Origin: Acutalibacteraceae bacterium
GTDB taxonomy: Bacteria; Bacillota; Clostridia; Oscillospirales; Acutalibacteraceae
Length of the DNA stretch: 64,000 bases
Assembly: GCA_045659605.1 (NCBI GenBank)
Contig: JAZOXF010000032.1
Coordinates: 5,364 to 69,363, forward strand
Reading direction: 5' to 3'
Both the position numbers and the translations under genes were made by a program. Position 1 is the first letter of the stretch. Each line of letters opens with the position of its first letter. Under the pieces are notes generated by a model. The model saw nothing but the letters and a program-made list of their open reading frames with translations, did no database searches and was not told the origin of the DNA. This document shows positions 62,844-64,000 of this stretch, piece by piece.

Positions 62844-63872
62844 ATGCTTTTTTCAGTAATCGTTCCAATATACAAAATTGAAAAATACCTTTCAAGATGT
62901 ATTGAAAGCCTACTTGCGCAATCTTTTACGGATTTTGAAGTTATATTGGTCGATGATGGCTCACCAGATAATTGCCCCACCATTTGTGATGATTATGCCG
63001 CTAAGGATAAAAGAATTAAGGTTATCCATAAAGAAAACGGCGGTCTTGTCAGCGCAAGACAAGAGGGTATTAAGGTGGCTTTGGGAGATTATATTTTCCA
63101 TCTTGACGGCGATGATGCCCTTTGTGACAATGCCCTTGAAAGCGCCTATGAAATTATAAGCGAATACCACCCTGATATTGTTTCTTTTTCTTATAAACCC
63201 TGTGTTGGTGACCAAGTGGGCGAAGCGGTCCATGACCTAGCACGTGAAGGTTTATACGATAAAGCACTTATGCAAGAGAAAATTTACCCCCACCTTTTGT
63301 CCGATAAAAATATGAACCATATATTTTACTTTTCCTGGGGAAAGGCAATAAGGAGAGAAATTGCTGTTAAACATCAACTTAATGTAAACCCCAAGATTTC
63401 TTTGGGTGAGGATTTAAGTTGCGCTGTGCCTTGTTATTTGGATGCTAAGACTGTTTATATGAGTAAAAAGGCAGTTTATCTCTATACCATTAGAAACGAT
63501 TCCATTACAAACGATTTCAAGACAAGCCAAATTACTCAAATTGCCGATGTTGTTGAGGGACTTCGCAAATTGGAAGTTAAAAAACCTGATGATTTCGAAG
63601 CCCAAATTTCCCGTTATTCTTGTTTTATGTGTTTTGCAGTTTTGGCATTGGCAGCTGAGGGAAATCATTTTTCTTCGGTTAAAACAATTAAAGAGCTTAT
63701 TAAGAATTCTTTACACAGGGAAGAAATTAAAAAGGCTGAATTCCAAAATATTACCATTAAAAGCCGAATTACTATATTTTTGATGAAAAAACAATGTATA
63801 AGACTAGCGTTTTGCTTTTTGTATTTGTGCAAAGAAATAAAGCGTATCAGAAAGGGTGAAAAAAGTGAATAA
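62844..63872 (+). CDS. Glycosyltransferase family 2
   Basis: FSVIVPIYKIEKYLSRCIESLLAQS, ILVDDGSPD and HLDGDD. Confidence 0.8.
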   Translation: MLFSVIVPIYKIEKYLSRCIESLLAQSFTDFEVILVDDGSPDNCPTICDDYAAKDKRIKVIHKENGGLVSARQEGIKVALGDYIFHLDGDDALCDNALESAYEIISEYHPDIVSFSYKPCVGDQVGEAVHDLAREGLYDKALMQEKIYPHLLSDKNMNHIFYFSWGKAIRREIAVKHQLNVNPKISLGEDLSCAVPCYLDAKTVYMSKKAVYLYTIRNDSITNDFKTSQITQIADVVEGLRKLEVKKPDDFEAQISRYSCFMCFAVLALAAEGNHFSSVKTIKELIKNSLHREEIKKAEFQNITIKSRITIFLMKKQCIRLAFCFLYLCKEIKRIRKGEKSE

Positions 63873-63879
63873 ATCACCT

Positions 63880-64000
63880 ATGATATCTTTGATTATGAGT
63901 GTTTACAATGGGGAGGATTATTTATCCGAAGCCATTGATAGTGTTTTAAATCAAAGTTTTACTAACTGGGAACTTATTGTAATAAACGATTGCTCCACCG
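63880..64000 (+). CDS. Glycosyltransferase family 2, N-terminal fragment (runs off window end)
   Basis: Hand translation gives MISLIMSVYNGEDYLSEAIDSVLNQSFTNWELIVINDCST. An alternative GTG start lies at 63865. Confidence 0.7.
   Translation, partial: MISLIMSVYNGEDYLSEAIDSVLNQSFTNWELIVINDCST

Overview
This is a 64-kb chromosomal segment from a low-GC, endospore-forming Firmicute, probably a member of the Clostridia. Supporting markers are pro-sigma-K, spoIIR, the Prp/L27 pair, a T-box leader and a GEMM-I riboswitch. I found no transposase, integrase, phage, CRISPR or recognisable defence genes. The left ~44 kb is mostly housekeeping. It contains rpmG-secE-nusG-rplK-rplA, an rlmB / P-type-ATPase-like / metG / tatD operon, a solitary tRNA-Leu(GAG) and guaB. 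It also has a Trp T-box in front of an orphan trpB, ispE, spoIIR, rplU-prp-rpmA followed by two DUF2007 genes and then obg-mrnC-rlmD. Further features are a probable 6S RNA, citrate synthase, a CofE-like gene paired with a GATase-less GMP synthase, a TetR/ABC-2 exporter, an AKR/DUF1893/ECF-S operon and glyQS. The right ~20 kb is accessory and is the most interesting part. A Cache-GAF-GGDEF diguanylate cyclase is followed by a consensus promoter, a c-di-GMP-I riboswitch and a terminator. That leader heads an uninterrupted same-strand gene string that opens with an EAL phosphodiesterase and continues as a Wzx/Wzy exopolysaccharide cluster running off the window end. The cluster has no tyrosine-kinase module. 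Instead it has two polysaccharide-copolymerase-like proteins, and the second carries a C-terminal degenerate GGDEF domain. Other oddities are a P1B-ATPase homologue lacking the CPC and DKTGT motifs inside a translation-related operon, an SGNH lipoprotein gene broken by one in-frame TAA, an unusually long SecE, and an N/Q/K-rich 32-codon ORF whose SD lies in a terminator stem. All functional calls come from my own reading of the translations and motifs. No database search was run.
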